64,000 nucleotides of DNA from Tagaea sp. (GCA_965279525.1 CBDIIB010000005.1:1184001-1248000); one strand, 5' to 3'. Counted from the first letter of the stretch, positions 28,505 to 40,611 are shown. Made by a program: numbers and translations. The notes: generated by a model from the letters alone, not told the origin.

Positions 28505-30604
28505 ATGAAGATTTCGACGAAGCTGACGGGCCTGATCTGTGCCGCCGCCCTGGTGGCCGGCGGCATGTTCGCCACGATGAGCTATCGCAGCTGGGGCGAG
28601 CTCAAGCTCATGGAGCAGGTCACGGCCGGCGGCATCTATGTGACGCCGCTGCGCGATCTGGGTGAAGGGCTCTACCGGCACAAGGTCGCCCTGCTGAAAG
28701 GGGTCGTGACGGCGAACTTCGATCGCGGCGCCGTGACCCGGCACAAGGACCAGATCCGCAAGTCGCTGGAAAGTCTCGCCGCCGCGGACAAACGGCTGCG
28801 CGCATCCCACGGCCACGGCGTCGATGCACTCGCCGCGGCGAAGCCGGCGATCGACAGGGTCCTGGCGCTCCAGCCGGGCAACGACCTGACGGTTTCGAGC
28901 ATCGTCCAGATCCACGAGGCCTCCTTCGCGCAGTACCGTGAGATCGCCTACGGCTCGGCCGACGCGTTCAACCTGTTGGGCGATACGGAGACCGACGTCG
29001 TGCTGATGATGGTCAACCAGTTCGACGTGTTCCCGAACCTGCTGATGAGCCGCGCCTACCTGATGGGTCGCCTGTTCCTGCTCGACGAGACGCTCGGTGC
29101 CGCCTCGACGTCGGCCCAGGCCCTGCAGGCGCAGCTCGACGGGCTGCAGCAGCAGAAGGGCGCGGTCCAGGAGATCCTGCGCCGCCAGCTGCGCAACGCC
29201 GTGCGCGCCACGAAGGTCGATACGGCCGGGCGCGGCTGGGAGCAGCGCGTCGCGCGCGGAATGGCGCTCCAGGACCGCAGCCAGCGCTTCGAAGGCGCGT
29301 TCGACGCCGCGCTCAAGAGCCTGCCTGCCGCTCCGCTCGTCGTCGCCGACGACGAGGCGTTTCTCGACGCGCTGCTCGAGGGCTGGCGCACGCTGTCCCA
29401 GCAGCTCGATGCAAGTCTCGAATCGCGGCTGAAGGCGCGCACGCAGCGCTTCCAGCTCGAGTCCGCCCTGCTCAGCGTCATGATCCTCGTGCTGTTCTTC
29501 GCGATGTGGCGCATCGTCGGGCGCGTCACGCGCGACATCGGCACGGCGGAAGCGACGACCACCCGGATCGCCGAAGGCAAGCTTGATATCGAGATCGCGG
29601 GTACGGGACGCGCCGACGAAATCGGCGGCCTGATGCGCTCGGTCGAAGTGCTCCGCCAGAACTCGGAAGCCCAGCGCGCACTCCAGGAAAAGGAGAAGGC
29701 GATGCTCGTGCGCCTGTCGACGACCGCAGAGCAGGTCGCCGAGTCGGTCGACGCGATCCGGGCGGCGGCGAGCGAGATCTCGCAGGGCAGCAACGATCTT
29801 GCCACGCGCACCGAACGGCAGGCCTCGGCGCTGCAGCAGACGGTCGCGACGATGGCCGAGATCTCGGCAACCGTATCGATGAACGCGCAGAACTCCGAGC
29901 AGGCGCGCAAGCTCGCCGCTGACGCGCTGGCGCGCGCGGAGAGCGGCGGCAACGCGGTCTCCAGCGTGGTCTCGGCCATGTCGGGCATCGAGGTGTCGTC
30001 CTCGCGAATCGCCGAGATCATCCAGGTGATGGAGGAGATCTCGTTCCAGACCAAGCTGCTCGCCCTCAATGCCGCGGTCGAGGCGGCGCGCGCGGGCGAG
30101 TCCGGCAAGGGCTTCGCGGTCGTGGCGCAGGAGGTGCGTTCGCTCGCCGACCGCTCGCGCCAGGCTTCCCAGCAGATCCGCGAACTGATCGCGCAGAGCA
30201 CGCGCGAGGTCGGCCAGGGCGTGAAGCTCGCCGGCGGTGCGGGCGAAGCGCTGTCGGGCATCGTCGACATCGTGCGCCGCGTGGCGGAGATCGCACCCGA
30301 GATCGCGGCGGGCAGCCGCGAGCAGTCGCGCAGCATCACCGAGATCAACAAGGCGCTGGGCGATCTCGACGCGGCCACGCAGCAGAACGCGGCCCTGGTC
30401 GAGGAAAGCTCGGCGTCGGCCGCTTCGCTTGCCGAACAGGCGGGCCAGCTCGTCGGCGTGGTGTCGAGCTTCCGCAGCGACGGCGGCAGTGCTCCGCCTG
30501 CAGCGACACCCAAACCGGCGCCCGAAAAAACCAGGCCGGCCAAGACACCTGCCCCCGCCGGCAAGGCGGCGCTTCGCGACGGCGACTGGGACGAGGAGTT
30601 CTAG
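28505..30604 (+). CDS. Methyl-accepting chemotaxis protein
   Basis: Two TM helices, HAMP (DEIG), [28 protein letters not shown]-terminal W..F tether (DWDEEF). Confidence 0.95.
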   Translation: MKISTKLTGLICAAALVAGGMFATMSYRSWGELKLMEQVTAGGIYVTPLRDLGEGLYRHKVALLKGVVTANFDRGAVTRHKDQIRKSLESLAAADKRLRASHGHGVDALAAAKPAIDRVLALQPGNDLTVSSIVQIHEASFAQYREIAYGSADAFNLLGDTETDVVLMMVNQFDVFPNLLMSRAYLMGRLFLLDETLGAASTSAQALQAQLDGLQQQKGAVQEILRRQLRNAVRATKVDTAGRGWEQRVARGMALQDRSQRFEGAFDAALKSLPAAPLVVADDEAFLDALLEGWRTLSQQLDASLESRLKARTQRFQLESALLSVMILVLFFAMWRIVGRVTRDIGTAEATTTRIAEGKLDIEIAGTGRADEIGGLMRSVEVLRQNSEAQRALQEKEKAMLVRLSTTAEQVAESVDAIRAAASEISQGSNDLATRTERQASALQQTVATMAEISATVSMNAQNSEQARKLAADALARAESGGNAVSSVVSAMSGIEVSSSRIAEIIQVMEEISFQTKLLALNAAVEAARAGESGKGFAVVAQEVRSLADRSRQASQQIRELIAQSTREVGQGVKLAGGAGEALSGIVDIVRRVAEIAPEIAAGSREQSRSITEINKALGDLDAATQQNAALVEESSASAASLAEQAGQLVGVVSSFRSDGGSAPPAATPKPAPEKTRPAKTPAPAGKAALRDGDWDEEF

Positions 30605-30617
30605 CCGGCGCGAAAAG

Positions 30618-30977
30618 CTACTTGCCGATCATCCGGCCGAGCGGCTTGCCGCCGAAAATGTGCATGTGCAGATGCGGCACTTCCTGGTTGCCCTCGACGC
30701 CGCAGTTGGACAGCACGCGGTAGCCCGCATCAGCCACGCCGACAAGGCGCGCCACGTCGCCCACGGCCTTCAGGAACGCGCCCTGCTCGGCCACGCTGGC
30801 GTTGGCGGTGAAATCGTCCATCGACACGTAGGCACCCTTCGGGATCACCAGCACATGGACGGGCGTCTGCGGGGCAATGTCGTGGAAGGCGAGCACGTGC
30901 TCGTTCTCGTAGACCTTCTTGCACGGGATCTCGCCGCGCAGGATCTTCGCGAACACGTTGTTCGGATCGTAGGCCAT
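30618..30977 (-). CDS. hinT: HIT-family nucleotide-binding protein
   Basis: FAKILRGEIP and HLHMH histidine triad. Confidence 0.9.
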   Translation of the reverse strand: MAYDPNNVFAKILRGEIPCKKVYENEHVLAFHDIAPQTPVHVLVIPKGAYVSMDDFTANASVAEQGAFLKAVGDVARLVGVADAGYRVLSNCGVEGNQEVPHLHMHIFGGKPLGRMIGK

Positions 30978-30993
30978 CGCGCGGTCCCCGGGC

Positions 30994-31350
30994 TCAATCG
31001 TCCTTGTCGGGATCGCGCGACGCCTTCTCGGCCACGCCCGAGAGGCCGGCCCGGCGCGACAGCTCGTCCCAGATCTCGTGCGGCTCGATATGCGCGTCGG
31101 CCCACAGCACGAGCAGGTGGTACATGAGGTCCGCGCTCTCGTCGACGAGGCGCTTGCGGTTGTTGCGGATCGCCTCGATGACGACCTCGACCGCTTCCTC
31201 GCCGACCTTCTGCGCGATCTTCTTGGTGCCCTTCTGGAAGAGCTTGGCCGTGTGCGAGACTTCGGGATCGGCATTGCGCCGGCTCTCGATCGTGCGGTAG
31301 AGCCGCAGGATCACGTCGTCGGCATTCGGGGGCGTCGGGTTCATGGCCAT
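30994..31350 (-). CDS. hisE: Phosphoribosyl-ATP diphosphatase
   Basis: KVGEEAVE, ESADLMYHLLV. Confidence 0.95.
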   Translation of the reverse strand: MAMNPTPPNADDVILRLYRTIESRRNADPEVSHTAKLFQKGTKKIAQKVGEEAVEVVIEAIRNNRKRLVDESADLMYHLLVLWADAHIEPHEIWDELSRRAGLSGVAEKASRDPDKDD

Positions 31351-31381
31351 GCCCTGAAAATGGCAGAGCGGGGCCGCGAAC

Positions 31382-32143
31382 TCAAGCCGGGCGCACCGGC
31401 ACGCCTGCGGCGGCCAGATGCGCCTTCACTTGGGCGATCGTGTACGTACCGAAATGGAAGACCGAAGCGGCCAGCAATGCGGCCGCATGGCCCTCGCGCA
31501 CGCCGTCGGTGAAATGGTCGAGCGTGCCCACGCCGCCCGACGCGATGACCGGGACCGAGACCGCGTCGGCGATGGCGCGGGTCAGCTCCGTGTCGTAGCC
31601 GGCCTTGGTGCCGTCGCGGTCCATCGAGGTCAGCAGGATCTCCCCCGCCCCCAGCTCGACCATGCGCCTGGCCCAGCCGATGGCTTCCAGCCCCGTTGGG
31701 TTGCGCCCGCCATGGGTGAAGACCTCGAACCGGCCGCCCGCCACGCGCTTGGCGTCGACCGCGACGGTCACGCACTGGCTGCCGAACTTCTCGGCCGCCT
31801 CGCGCACGAATTCGGGCCGCGTGACGGCCGCGGTGTTGATCGAGGCTTTGTCGGCCCCGGCGAGCAAGAGCTTGCGGATGTCGTCCACGCCGCGTACGCC
31901 GCCGCCCACGGTCAGCGGCATGAAGCAGCGCGCGGCCGTGCGTGCCACCACGTCGTAGATCGTCTCGCGGTTCTCGTGGCTCGCCGCGATGTCGAGGAAG
32001 CAAAGCTCGTCGGCACCCGCCGCGTCGTAGGCGGCGGCCGCTTCCACCGGATCGCCCGCGTCGACGAGATCGACGAAATTGACGCCCTTGACCACGCGGC
32101 CGTTCTTGACGTCGAGGCACGGGATGATGCGGATCTTGAGCAT
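31382..32143 (-). CDS. hisF: Imidazole glycerol phosphate synthase cyclase subunit
   Basis: RIIPCLDV...[15 protein letters not shown]. Confidence 0.98.
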   Translation of the reverse strand: MLKIRIIPCLDVKNGRVVKGVNFVDLVDAGDPVEAAAAYDAAGADELCFLDIAASHENRETIYDVVARTAARCFMPLTVGGGVRGVDDIRKLLLAGADKASINTAAVTRPEFVREAAEKFGSQCVTVAVDAKRVAGGRFEVFTHGGRNPTGLEAIGWARRMVELGAGEILLTSMDRDGTKAGYDTELTRAIADAVSVPVIASGGVGTLDHFTDGVREGHAAALLAASVFHFGTYTIAQVKAHLAAAGVPVRPA

Positions 32144-32871
32144 CAGACGGCATCCAGCAGGCGGACGGCCTGGCCGAGATCGATCCGCCCGTCATAGAGC
32201 GCGCGACCCGAGATCACGCCGACGATCCCGTCGGCCGCATGTGCCTTCAGCGCCCGCAGGTCGTCGAGCGAGGAAACGCCGCCCGACGCGATGACCGGGA
32301 TGCCGGACGATTTCGCAAGCGCCGCCGTCGCCTCGACATTGGGCCCGCCCATGGCGCCGTCGCGCTCGATGTCGGTGTAGACGATGGCGGCCACACCGGC
32401 GTCGGCGAACTTCTTTGCAAGGTCCACCGCCAGCACGTCGGACGTCTCGGCCCAGCCTTCGACCGCCACACGCCCGCCGCGCGCGTCGATACCCACGACG
32501 ATGCGTCCCGGCCAGTCCTTGCAGGCCCGCTTCACCAGATCAGGGTCACGCAGCGCCACGGTGCCGAGGATCACGCGATTGATGCCAGCCTCAAGCCACG
32601 CGGCGATACCCGCCGCATCGCGAATGCCGCCACCGAGCTGTACTGGAACCTTCACGGCAGCGAGGATCGCGCGCACGGCGGGCGCGTTGACCGGAGCACC
32701 AGCGAAGGCACCGTCGAGATCGACGACGTGGATCCAGCGGCAGCCGGCGGCTTCGAACTTGCGCGCCTGGTCGGCGGGATCCTCGTTGAACGTGGTGGCG
32801 GCGTCCATGTCGCCACGCAGCAGGCGCACGCACTTGCCGCCCTTGAGGTCGATGGCCGGGAACAGGATCAT
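32143..32871 (-). CDS. hisA: ProFAR isomerase
   Basis: [32 protein letters not shown]. Confidence 0.97.
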   Translation of the reverse strand: MILFPAIDLKGGKCVRLLRGDMDAATTFNEDPADQARKFEAAGCRWIHVVDLDGAFAGAPVNAPAVRAILAAVKVPVQLGGGIRDAAGIAAWLEAGINRVILGTVALRDPDLVKRACKDWPGRIVVGIDARGGRVAVEGWAETSDVLAVDLAKKFADAGVAAIVYTDIERDGAMGGPNVEATAALAKSSGIPVIASGGVSSLDDLRALKAHAADGIVGVISGRALYDGRIDLGQAVRLLDAV

Positions 32872-33497
32872 GGATTCCACGCAAGGAAGTTCGATACGAG
32901 CCGGAGGCCGATGGCCTGGCTCTTCTCGGGATGGAACTGCGTGCCGAAGATGTTGTCCTGCAGCACCGCGGCGACGATCGGCCCGCCATAGTCGGCGGTC
33001 GCGAACACGCGCGCGTTGTCGGCAGGGACGAAATGGTACGAGTTCGCGAAATAGACGTGCGCGTCCTTCGGCCAACCGGCGGTCAGCGCGTGTTCGCGGA
33101 AATCGAGCGCGTTCCACCCCAGTTGCGGAAGTTTCAAATTCGGATCGGCCGGCGTCATGCGCCGCGTCTCGCCGGCGATCCACCCCAGCCCCGCATGCGT
33201 GCCGTATTCGAGCCCGACAGTGGCCAGAAGCTGCATGCCCACGCAGATGCCGAAGAACGGCACGGCGCGTTTCAGGACCGCTTCTTCGAGTGCGGCGACC
33301 ATGCCGGGAACGGCGCGCAGGCCGGCCGCACAGTCGCCGAACGCGCCTTGCCCCGGCAGCACGACGCGGTCGGCCTTGCGTACGGTGTCGGGGTCGGCGG
33401 TGATGTCCACGACATGGCCCGGGCCCGCCTGGCGCTCGAATGCCTTGGCGGCCGAGCGCAGGTTGCCCGACCCGTAATCGACGACGACGATGTTCAT
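32868..33497 (-). CDS. hisH: IGP synthase glutaminase subunit
   Basis: [23 protein letters not shown]. Confidence 0.97.
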   Translation of the reverse strand: MNIVVVDYGSGNLRSAAKAFERQAGPGHVVDITADPDTVRKADRVVLPGQGAFGDCAAGLRAVPGMVAALEEAVLKRAVPFFGICVGMQLLATVGLEYGTHAGLGWIAGETRRMTPADPNLKLPQLGWNALDFREHALTAGWPKDAHVYFANSYHFVPADNARVFATADYGGPIVAAVLQDNIFGTQFHPEKSQAIGLRLVSNFLAWNP

Positions 33498-33868
33498 GCG
33501 TGCGCCGAGAACCAGCGCAATTCGGCCTCGCCGATATCGCCGCCGCTGACCGGGCCGCGCTCGACGAAACCGCGCGCGGCCAGACCCGCCCGGCGCCAGT
33601 CGTTGCCCTCGAAGCCGAAGATCACCGAGATCGCGGTCCAGATGATGCTGCCCGCGGCCGGATCGAGCGGCAGCAGCGTTTCAAGCGCCGCGAGGCCAAG
33701 GGCAATGGCGAACATGCCGAGCGCCACCCACCACAGCCGGTGCCACAGCGCCCAGAACGGGCCGAACAGCAAGGCCGCCCAACTGAAGCCGTCGCGCACG
33801 AACGTCGCGTCGCGGTCGGGACCGGCGGCAAACGGGCTCAGATGCACCGAGTAGCGTTTCTGTCCCAT
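33494..33868 (-). CDS. DUF2628-like membrane protein
   Basis: [24 protein letters not shown]; usual position between hisB and hisH. Confidence 0.8.
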   Translation of the reverse strand: MGQKRYSVHLSPFAAGPDRDATFVRDGFSWAALLFGPFWALWHRLWWVALGMFAIALGLAALETLLPLDPAAGSIIWTAISVIFGFEGNDWRRAGLAARGFVERGPVSGGDIGEAELRWFSAHA

Positions 33869-34524
33869 CACACGTCGACGCCGTCGGCCGAGCCGCCGCC
33901 GAGCACGCCCTTGGTCGACGGGATCGCGTCGGCCTTGCGCGGATCGATCGTCACGGCCGCGCGCAGCGCGCGGGCCAGTCCCTTGAAGCAGGATTCGACG
34001 ATGTGGTGGTTGTTCTCGCCGTACAGGTTCTCGACATGCAGCGTGAGGCCGGCGTTCTGCGCGAAGGCCTGGAACCATTCCTTGAACAGCTCGGTGTCCA
34101 TGTCGCCAAGCTTGGGGCGCGTGAACGCGACCTTCCAGATGAGGTAGGGGCGGTTCGACGCGTCGAGCGCCACGCGCGTGAGCGTTTCGTCCATCGGGAT
34201 CATCGCGTCGCCGTAGCGCACGATGCCCTTGCGCTCGCCCAGCGCCTTCGACACGGCTTCGCCCAGTGCGATGCCCACGTCTTCGGTCGTGTGGTGGAAA
34301 TCGATGTGCAGGTCGCCCTTGGCGCGCAGCTGGATGTCGATCAGCGAGTGGCGCGAGAGCTGCTCGACCATGTGATCGAGGAAACCGATGCCGGTCGAAA
34401 CGTCGTAGACGCCCGACCCGTCGAGATTGACGGTGGCTTCGATCTGGGTCTCCTTCGTGGCGCGCTTGACCGTGGCCCGGCGCGGCGAAGGGAACGGATA
34501 GACGGTGGGTTTGGGTTCGGCCAT
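33868..34524 (-). CDS. hisB: Imidazoleglycerol-phosphate dehydratase
   Basis: [27 protein letters not shown]. Confidence 0.97.
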   Translation of the reverse strand: MAEPKPTVYPFPSPRRATVKRATKETQIEATVNLDGSGVYDVSTGIGFLDHMVEQLSRHSLIDIQLRAKGDLHIDFHHTTEDVGIALGEAVSKALGERKGIVRYGDAMIPMDETLTRVALDASNRPYLIWKVAFTRPKLGDMDTELFKEWFQAFAQNAGLTLHVENLYGENNHHIVESCFKGLARALRAAVTIDPRKADAIPSTKGVLGGGSADGVDV

Positions 34525-34641
34525 AACCGTCGATATTTACCAGACGAACGGCAGCCCGGACCACAGATAAGTCCCCGCCGCTTGATCCGGGGGGCGGGCA
34601 CCCCTACATCGAAGGGGCTGGAGAGAAAGGCGATTTCCCCC

Positions 34642-35190
34642 ATGGATTCCAACCGGAACGAGACCTGGCACGGCACCACGATCCTCGCCGTCCGCCGGGC
34701 GGGCAAGGTCGTGATCGCGGGCGACGGGCAGGTGAGCCTGGGCGCCACGATCATCAAATCCAACGCCCGCAAGGTGCGAAGGCTCGGCGGCGGCAACGTG
34801 ATCGGCGGCTTCGCCGGCGCCACGGCCGATGCCTTCACGCTGTTCGAGCGGCTGGAAGCCAAGCTCGAGAAGCACCCCGACCAGCTCATGCGCGCGTGCG
34901 TCGAGCTCGCCAAGGACTGGCGCACCGACCGCTACCTGCGCCGGCTCGAAGCCATGATGGCCGTCGCCGACAAGCAGGTCAGCCTCGTTCTGACCGGTAC
35001 GGGCGACGTGCTGGAGCCCGAGGACGGGCTCATCGGCATCGGCTCGGGCGGCTCCTTCGCGCTTTCGGCCGCGCGTGCCCTCGTCGGTGCGACCGAGCTA
35101 ACCGCACGCGAGATCGCCGAACGCTCGCTGAAGATCGCGGGCCAGATCTGCGTCTACACCAACGGCAACCTGACCATCGAGGAACTATGA
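34642..35190 (+). CDS. hslV: HslV protease subunit
   Basis: [20 protein letters not shown]. Confidence 0.97.
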   Translation: MDSNRNETWHGTTILAVRRAGKVVIAGDGQVSLGATIIKSNARKVRRLGGGNVIGGFAGATADAFTLFERLEAKLEKHPDQLMRACVELAKDWRTDRYLRRLEAMMAVADKQVSLVLTGTGDVLEPEDGLIGIGSGGSFALSAARALVGATELTAREIAERSLKIAGQICVYTNGNLTIEEL

Positions 35191-36509
35191 GCCAGCCGGC
35201 CTTCTCCCCGCGCGAGATCGTTTCCGAACTCGACCGATTCATCGTCGGCCAGAACGACGCCAAGCGCGCGGTCGCGGTGGCGCTGCGCAACCGCTGGCGC
35301 CGTTTGCAGCTCAGCCCTGAGCTGCGCGACGAAGTGCTGCCCAAGAACATCCTGATGATCGGGCCCACCGGCTGCGGCAAGACCGAGATCGCGCGCCGGC
35401 TGGCGAAGCTGGCGCAGGCCCCCTTCATCAAGGTCGAGGCGACCAAGTTCACGGAAGTGGGCTATGTCGGGCGCGACGTCGAGCAGATCGTGCGCGACCT
35501 GATGGAGATCGCGTTGCAGATGACGCGCGACCGCCTGCGCAAGGAGGTCGAGGCGAAGGCCGAACTGGCGGCCGAGGAGCGCGTGCTCGAAGCGCTGGTG
35601 GGCGCCAACGCGTCGGCCGACACCCGCCAGAAATTCCGCAAGATGCTGCGCGAGGGCCAGCTCGCCGACCGCGAGATCGAACTCCAAGTCGCCGACAATG
35701 CCGGCGGCCTGCAGATGCCGATGATGGACGTGCCCGGGATGCCGGGCGGCCAGATGGGCATGGTCAATCTCTCCGACATGCTGTCCAAGGCCTTCGGCGG
35801 GCGCACCAAGGCGCGCAAGATGAAGGTCGGCGAAAGCCACGGCGTGCTGCTGCAGGAAGAGGCCGACAAGCTGGTCGACCAGGAGCGCGTGCTGAAAGAG
35901 GCCAAGCTCGCGGTCGAGCAGAACGGCATCGTGTTCATCGACGAGATCGACAAGATCTGCGGGCGCGGCGATCGCATGGGCGGGGCCGACGTCAGCCGCG
36001 AAGGCGTGCAGCGTGACCTGCTGCCGCTGATCGAAGGCACGACGGTCTCGACCAAGCATGGGCCGGTCAAGACCGACCACGTCCTGTTCATCGCGTCGGG
36101 CGCCTTCCACGTGGCGAAACCGTCGGACCTGCTGCCCGAGTTGCAGGGCCGCCTGCCGATCCGCGTGGAACTCAAGGGCCTCGAGAAGGACGATTTCGTG
36201 CGCATCCTGCGCGAGCCCGAGAACAGCCTGATCAAGCAGTACGTGGCGCTGCTGAAGACCGAGGAAGTGGCACTGAGCTTCGGCGACGACGCCATCGACG
36301 CGATCGCGGGCCTTGCCGCCGACGTCAATCGCGGCGTGGAGAACATCGGGGCGCGCCGCCTGCACACGATCCTCGAACGCCTGCTCGAGGAGATCAGCTT
36401 CACGGCGTCGGACCGCGGCGGCGAAGCCATCGCCATCGACGCGGCCTACGTGCGCGAAAAGGTGGCCGACCTCGCGAAGAACGCGGATTTGTCGAAGTTC
36501 ATCCTGTAG
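35187..36509 (+). CDS. hslU: HslU ATPase subunit
   Basis: [12 protein letters not shown] pore loop, [14 protein letters not shown]. Confidence 0.98.
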   Translation: MSQPAFSPREIVSELDRFIVGQNDAKRAVAVALRNRWRRLQLSPELRDEVLPKNILMIGPTGCGKTEIARRLAKLAQAPFIKVEATKFTEVGYVGRDVEQIVRDLMEIALQMTRDRLRKEVEAKAELAAEERVLEALVGANASADTRQKFRKMLREGQLADREIELQVADNAGGLQMPMMDVPGMPGGQMGMVNLSDMLSKAFGGRTKARKMKVGESHGVLLQEEADKLVDQERVLKEAKLAVEQNGIVFIDEIDKICGRGDRMGGADVSREGVQRDLLPLIEGTTVSTKHGPVKTDHVLFIASGAFHVAKPSDLLPELQGRLPIRVELKGLEKDDFVRILREPENSLIKQYVALLKTEEVALSFGDDAIDAIAGLAADVNRGVENIGARRLHTILERLLEEISFTASDRGGEAIAIDAAYVREKVADLAKNADLSKFIL

Positions 36510-36512
36510 ACG

Positions 36513-36558
36513 AAAAAAGACCCGTCAGGGCCGGGACCTGGTCCTGACGGGTCAGTTT
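36513..36558. terminator. Intrinsic terminator between convergent hslU and a lipoprotein gene
   Basis: AAAAAA-GACCCGTCAGG...CCTGACGGGTC hairpin (36519-36553), with a U-tract on the minus strand. Confidence 0.8.
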
Positions 36559-36580
36559 CCAGAGGGAAAAAGTCGGTCGG

Positions 36581-36817
36581 CTACTTCTTCTTCGTCTCGA
36601 TCCGGTCGACGATGTAGCCACCGGCCGCACCCACGCCCGCACCGATCAGGGCACCCGTCCCCATGTCGAGGCCGCCCGAGAGCGCGCCGATGCCGGTGCC
36701 GACGGCTGCACCGATCGCCGCACCGGAGAGCGTGCGCTGTTCGGTATGGTTCATCCCGGAGCAGGCGCTGGTTGCCAGGGCCGCACCGAGGGCGAGTGCA
36801 AGAGCAGCGTTGCGCAT
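36581..36817 (-). CDS. Glycine-zipper lipoprotein
   Basis: Lipobox TSAC, GAAIGAAVG...GAGVGAAGG, AAGGAG RBS. Confidence 0.85.
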   Translation of the reverse strand: MRNAALALALGAALATSACSGMNHTEQRTLSGAAIGAAVGTGIGALSGGLDMGTGALIGAGVGAAGGYIVDRIETKKK

Positions 36818-36891
36818 GGAGATTCTCCTTCGCATGGTTGCCAGTGCCGTTATTCAAGCCCGGCGATGTGGCGAAAGAATGGCAAACTAAA

Positions 36892-37275
36892 TCAACGTGT
36901 TAGTGGCTTTTTGGCAACGGTCTGCACGCTTTTGAGGCGCTTCAGCAGGTCTTCGGTGTCACCGTCCGACAGGCCGGAAATGCGCTCTGCCAGCAGGTTG
37001 GCAAGTTCGGTCTTGCGCGCATCCAGCCCGCGCGTGTCGACGACGATCCGCGGATGCGAGATTCCGGCGAGGCGGTGGATCTCCTCGAAATCGTCCCAGA
37101 TGAGATGGAAGTATTCGCAGATCTGCACGACGAGGGCCGGCGACGGCTGGCCGCGATGGCCGTGTTCGAGGGCCGAGAGATAGGCCTGACTGATGTCGAG
37201 ATCGGCGGCCATCTGCTTCATCGTGATGCCGCGCGCCTTGCGCAGGTCGCGTACCTTCTGGCCGAAGGGTGTCAT
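36892..37275 (-). CDS. XRE-family HTH regulator
   Basis: MTPFG...MAADLDISQAYLSALEHG; conserved position next to smr/hslU in alphaproteobacteria. Confidence 0.9.
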   Translation of the reverse strand: MTPFGQKVRDLRKARGITMKQMAADLDISQAYLSALEHGHRGQPSPALVVQICEYFHLIWDDFEEIHRLAGISHPRIVVDTRGLDARKTELANLLAERISGLSDGDTEDLLKRLKSVQTVAKKPLTR

Positions 37276-37811
37276 CGGTTCCGCCTGAGCAGGACGTAAT
37301 AGGCACCCTCGCCGCCATGCTGCACGCGCGCCGTTGCCAGTCGGAGAATCCGCGACGCATGCGGCCCGAGCTTCAGCCACTCGGGCACCTGGCGGCGCAG
37401 CACGCCTTCGCCCTGCTTGCCCTTGCCGGTGACGACGATCAGCACGCGCGCACCCGCCTTCACCGCACCGGCGATGAACCGGTCGAGTGCTTCGTGCGCG
37501 CGCGCCTGCGTCAGGCCATGCAGGTCGATGGCGCTGTCGATGGGCAGCTCGCCGCGCTCGAAGCGGCGCGCGGTGTTCTTGTCGAGACCGGGTTCGGGTG
37601 CCTTGCGTGACGGGGCGCGCGGCGGCGGCGCTTGCACGGGCAGCGGCACATAGGCGGTGCCCCGCATGACGGATACGGGTGACGGTTCGGCGACAACAAC
37701 GGGTGCCGCCGCCGGCTTCGCGCGCGCCTTGCGCCGCTTCAGCGGCACCACGTCGCGCATGGCGATCTCGAACAGGTGCGCGTCGGGGACCGTGGCGGTG
37801 CGCCGCGCCAT
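37272..37811 (-). CDS. Smr/MutS2 C-terminal domain protein
   Basis: IDLHG, VVTGKG, HGGEGA. Confidence 0.92.
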   Translation of the reverse strand: MARRTATVPDAHLFEIAMRDVVPLKRRKARAKPAAAPVVVAEPSPVSVMRGTAYVPLPVQAPPPRAPSRKAPEPGLDKNTARRFERGELPIDSAIDLHGLTQARAHEALDRFIAGAVKAGARVLIVVTGKGKQGEGVLRRQVPEWLKLGPHASRILRLATARVQHGGEGAYYVLLRRNR

Positions 37812-37818
37812 CGCCCGC

Positions 37819-38991
37819 CTATTTCGCCAGGCCGAATTCCCGGCGCACGTCGTCGGCCACGATCAGTTCGCCGCGGTCGATCGTGCGCGCGTCGGTCTTG
37901 CCGCAGAACGCCATCGTGATGTCGAGTTCCTTGCGGATGATCTCGAGCGCCTTGGTGACACCCGCCTCGCCCATCGCCCCGAGCCCGTAGAGGAACGCGC
38001 GGCCGATATAGGTTCCCTTGGCGCCCAGTGCGAGTGCCTTCAGCACGTCCTGGCCCGAGCGGATGCCGCCGTCGAAATGCACTTCGATCTTGCTGCCGAC
38101 CGCATCGACGATGGGGGCGAGCTTGGCGATCGACGACAGGGCACCATCGAGCTGGCGGCCGCCATGGTTCGAAACGATCAGCGCATCGGCACCGGAGTTG
38201 GCCGCGAGTACTGCGTCCTCCTCGTCGAGGATACCCTTCAAGATCAGCTTGCCGCCCCACAGATCCTTGATCCATTTGACGTCGTCCCACGACAGACGCG
38301 GGTCGAACTGCGAGGCCGTCCACGACGACAGCGACGACATGTCGGCCACGCCCTGCACGTGGCCCACGATGTTGCCGAAGCCGCGGCGCTTGGTGCCCAG
38401 CATGCCCAGGCACCAGCCGGGCTTGGTCATCATGTTGACGATGTTGGGAAGCGTGAGCTTGGGCGGGGCCGACAGGCCGTTGCGCAGGTCCTTGTGGCGC
38501 TGGCCGAGGATCTGGAGATCGAGCGTCAGCACGAGGGCCGAGCACTTGGCCGCCTTCGCGCGCTCGATCAGGCGCTTGATGAAATCGCGGTCGCGCAGCA
38601 CGTAGAGCTGGAACCAGAACGGCTTGTCGGTGTTGGCCGCCACGTCCTCGATCGAGCAGATGCTCATCGTCGACAGCGTGAACGGCACGCCGAACTTCGC
38701 GGCGGCGCGCGCCGCCAGGATCTCGCCGTCGGCATGCTGCATGCCGGTGAGACCGGTGGGGGCCAGCGCCACGGGCATCGACACGTCCTGCCCGGCCATC
38801 TTCGTGGCGAGCGTGCGGTTGTCCATGTTGACGGCCACGCGCTGGCGCAGGCGGATCTTCGCGAAGTCGCTCGAGTTGGCGCGGTAGGTCTGCTCGGTCC
38901 AGGCACCGGAATCCGCATAATCGTAGAACATGCGCGGCACGCGCCTTTGCGCAAGGACGCGCAGGTCTTCGATGTTCGTGATGACGGTCAT
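37819..38991 (-). CDS. lldD: FMN-dependent alpha-hydroxy acid (L-lactate) dehydrogenase
   Basis: FYDYADSG, WFQLY, SNHGGRQLD, DGGIRSG. Confidence 0.88.
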   Translation of the reverse strand: MTVITNIEDLRVLAQRRVPRMFYDYADSGAWTEQTYRANSSDFAKIRLRQRVAVNMDNRTLATKMAGQDVSMPVALAPTGLTGMQHADGEILAARAAAKFGVPFTLSTMSICSIEDVAANTDKPFWFQLYVLRDRDFIKRLIERAKAAKCSALVLTLDLQILGQRHKDLRNGLSAPPKLTLPNIVNMMTKPGWCLGMLGTKRRGFGNIVGHVQGVADMSSLSSWTASQFDPRLSWDDVKWIKDLWGGKLILKGILDEEDAVLAANSGADALIVSNHGGRQLDGALSSIAKLAPIVDAVGSKIEVHFDGGIRSGQDVLKALALGAKGTYIGRAFLYGLGAMGEAGVTKALEIIRKELDITMAFCGKTDARTIDRGELIVADDVRREFGLAK

Positions 38992-39023
38992 TGGATGCGT
39001 TCCTCGCGGCGGACAGGGACTTT

Positions 39024-39929
39024 CTATAGCAACGCGGGGCTGCGCGCGTCGAGGACCCAGCTTCGGAAGGCCGAAACGCGGGGGTCTTCCTTGCCCGCTT
39101 TCGGCGCCACGACCCAGTAGGCGAAGCCCGACGGCAGTTCGAGATCGAAGAGCCTGGCGAGCCGGCCGGCCGCGACGTCGTCTGCAAGCGGCGCGCTGCG
39201 CCCGACCGCCACGCCATGCCCGAGGCGCGCGGCCACGTAGAGGGCACTCGAATCCGAGAAGCCGGGGCCGCGCGCGGCAAGGCCCGATGGCAGGCCGAGC
39301 AGGTCGAGCCACGGTTCCCAGCCCAGCCGCGGCTCGCTGCGCCCGATGCTGGAATCGTGCAGGAGGGTCGCCTTCGCAAGATCGGCCGGCCGGCGCAGGC
39401 CTTGCGCAAGTGCGGGGGCGGCGCACAGGAACAGCGATTCCGCCAGCAGCCGGTCGGCACGCAAGGCGGCCGGCGGCTCCTTCATGTAGCGGATCGCCAG
39501 ATCGACCGCGTCGCGCGCGAAATCGACGAAGCGTCCTTCCGAGCGCAGCACCACGTCGATCTCCGGATAGCGGCGGCGGAAATCCGGCAGGCGCGGCACC
39601 AGCCAGCCCGTCGCGAACGAGGGCAGCGCCGAGACGACGAGCCGGCCCGCGCGCGGCCGGCCGCGCAGGTCGGCCGTCGCGGCCGCCAGCGTGGCGAAGC
39701 CTTCCTCCAGCCCCGGCAGATAGGCGCGGCCCGCGTCGGTCAGATCGAGCCCGCGCGCCATCCGGCGGAACAGCTTGACGCCCAGATGCGCTTCGAGCGC
39801 CGCGACATGCTGGCTGATCGCGGCCGGCGATACCGAAAGCTCGCGCGCCGCCGCGGTGAAGCCGCCATTGCGCGCGGCCACCTCGAAGGCGCGCAGGGCA
39901 TTGAGCGGCGGCAGGCGACGGGCGGACAT
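39024..39929 (-). CDS. LysR-family regulator, GcvA-like
   Basis: RRLPPLNALRAFEVAAR HTH. Confidence 0.92.
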   Translation of the reverse strand: MSARRLPPLNALRAFEVAARNGGFTAAARELSVSPAAISQHVAALEAHLGVKLFRRMARGLDLTDAGRAYLPGLEEGFATLAAATADLRGRPRAGRLVVSALPSFATGWLVPRLPDFRRRYPEIDVVLRSEGRFVDFARDAVDLAIRYMKEPPAALRADRLLAESLFLCAAPALAQGLRRPADLAKATLLHDSSIGRSEPRLGWEPWLDLLGLPSGLAARGPGFSDSSALYVAARLGHGVAVGRSAPLADDVAAGRLARLFDLELPSGFAYWVVAPKAGKEDPRVSAFRSWVLDARSPALL

Positions 39930-40005
39930 GAGGCCAAGTATAGCTTGGTCTTGGCTTCGAAAAACCCGTTTGTGCGAACCGGGCCGGTTGCCGGATCATC
40001 TGCCC

Positions 40006-40611
40006 ATGATCGAGCTTTTCGACTGCCCGTACTCGGGCAACGCCTATAAATGCCGGCTGATGATGCACAAGCTCGGCTTGGCCTATACGCGCACGATCGT
40101 CGATCTCGACGCAGGCGCGACGCGCACGCCGGATTTCCTCGCGCGCAATCCGAACGGGCGCGTGCCGCTGCTGCGGCTCGACGACGGCATGTACATCGCG
40201 GAATCGAACGCGATCCTGTGCTGGCTCGCCAAGGGCACGCCCTGGCTGCCCGACGACCGGCTCGAATTCGCGCAAGTCATGCAGTGGATGTTCTTCGAGC
40301 AGTACAGCCACGAGCCGAACATCGCGACCGTGCGCCACTGGATCTCGCATGGAATCGAGATCACGCCGTTGCGTGCCCAGCTCATCGAGATGAAGCGCCC
40401 GCAGGGGGAGGCTGCCCTCGGCGTGATGGAAACCCACCTCGCCACGCGGCCTTACTTCGTCGGCTCACGGCCGACGGTCGCGGACTTGGCCCTCTACGCC
40501 TACACGCATGTCGCGGAAGAAGGCGGCTTCGCGCTTGCCCCGTATCCGAACGTGCGCGCCTGGCTCGACCGCGTCGCGGCGGACGCGCCGCATATCGAGA
40601 TCACGGACTGA
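40006..40611 (+). CDS. Glutathione S-transferase family protein
   Basis: SGNAYK, NPNGRVP, ESNAI, ADLALYAY. Confidence 0.92.
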   Translation: MIELFDCPYSGNAYKCRLMMHKLGLAYTRTIVDLDAGATRTPDFLARNPNGRVPLLRLDDGMYIAESNAILCWLAKGTPWLPDDRLEFAQVMQWMFFEQYSHEPNIATVRHWISHGIEITPLRAQLIEMKRPQGEAALGVMETHLATRPYFVGSRPTVADLALYAYTHVAEEGGFALAPYPNVRAWLDRVAADAPHIEITD

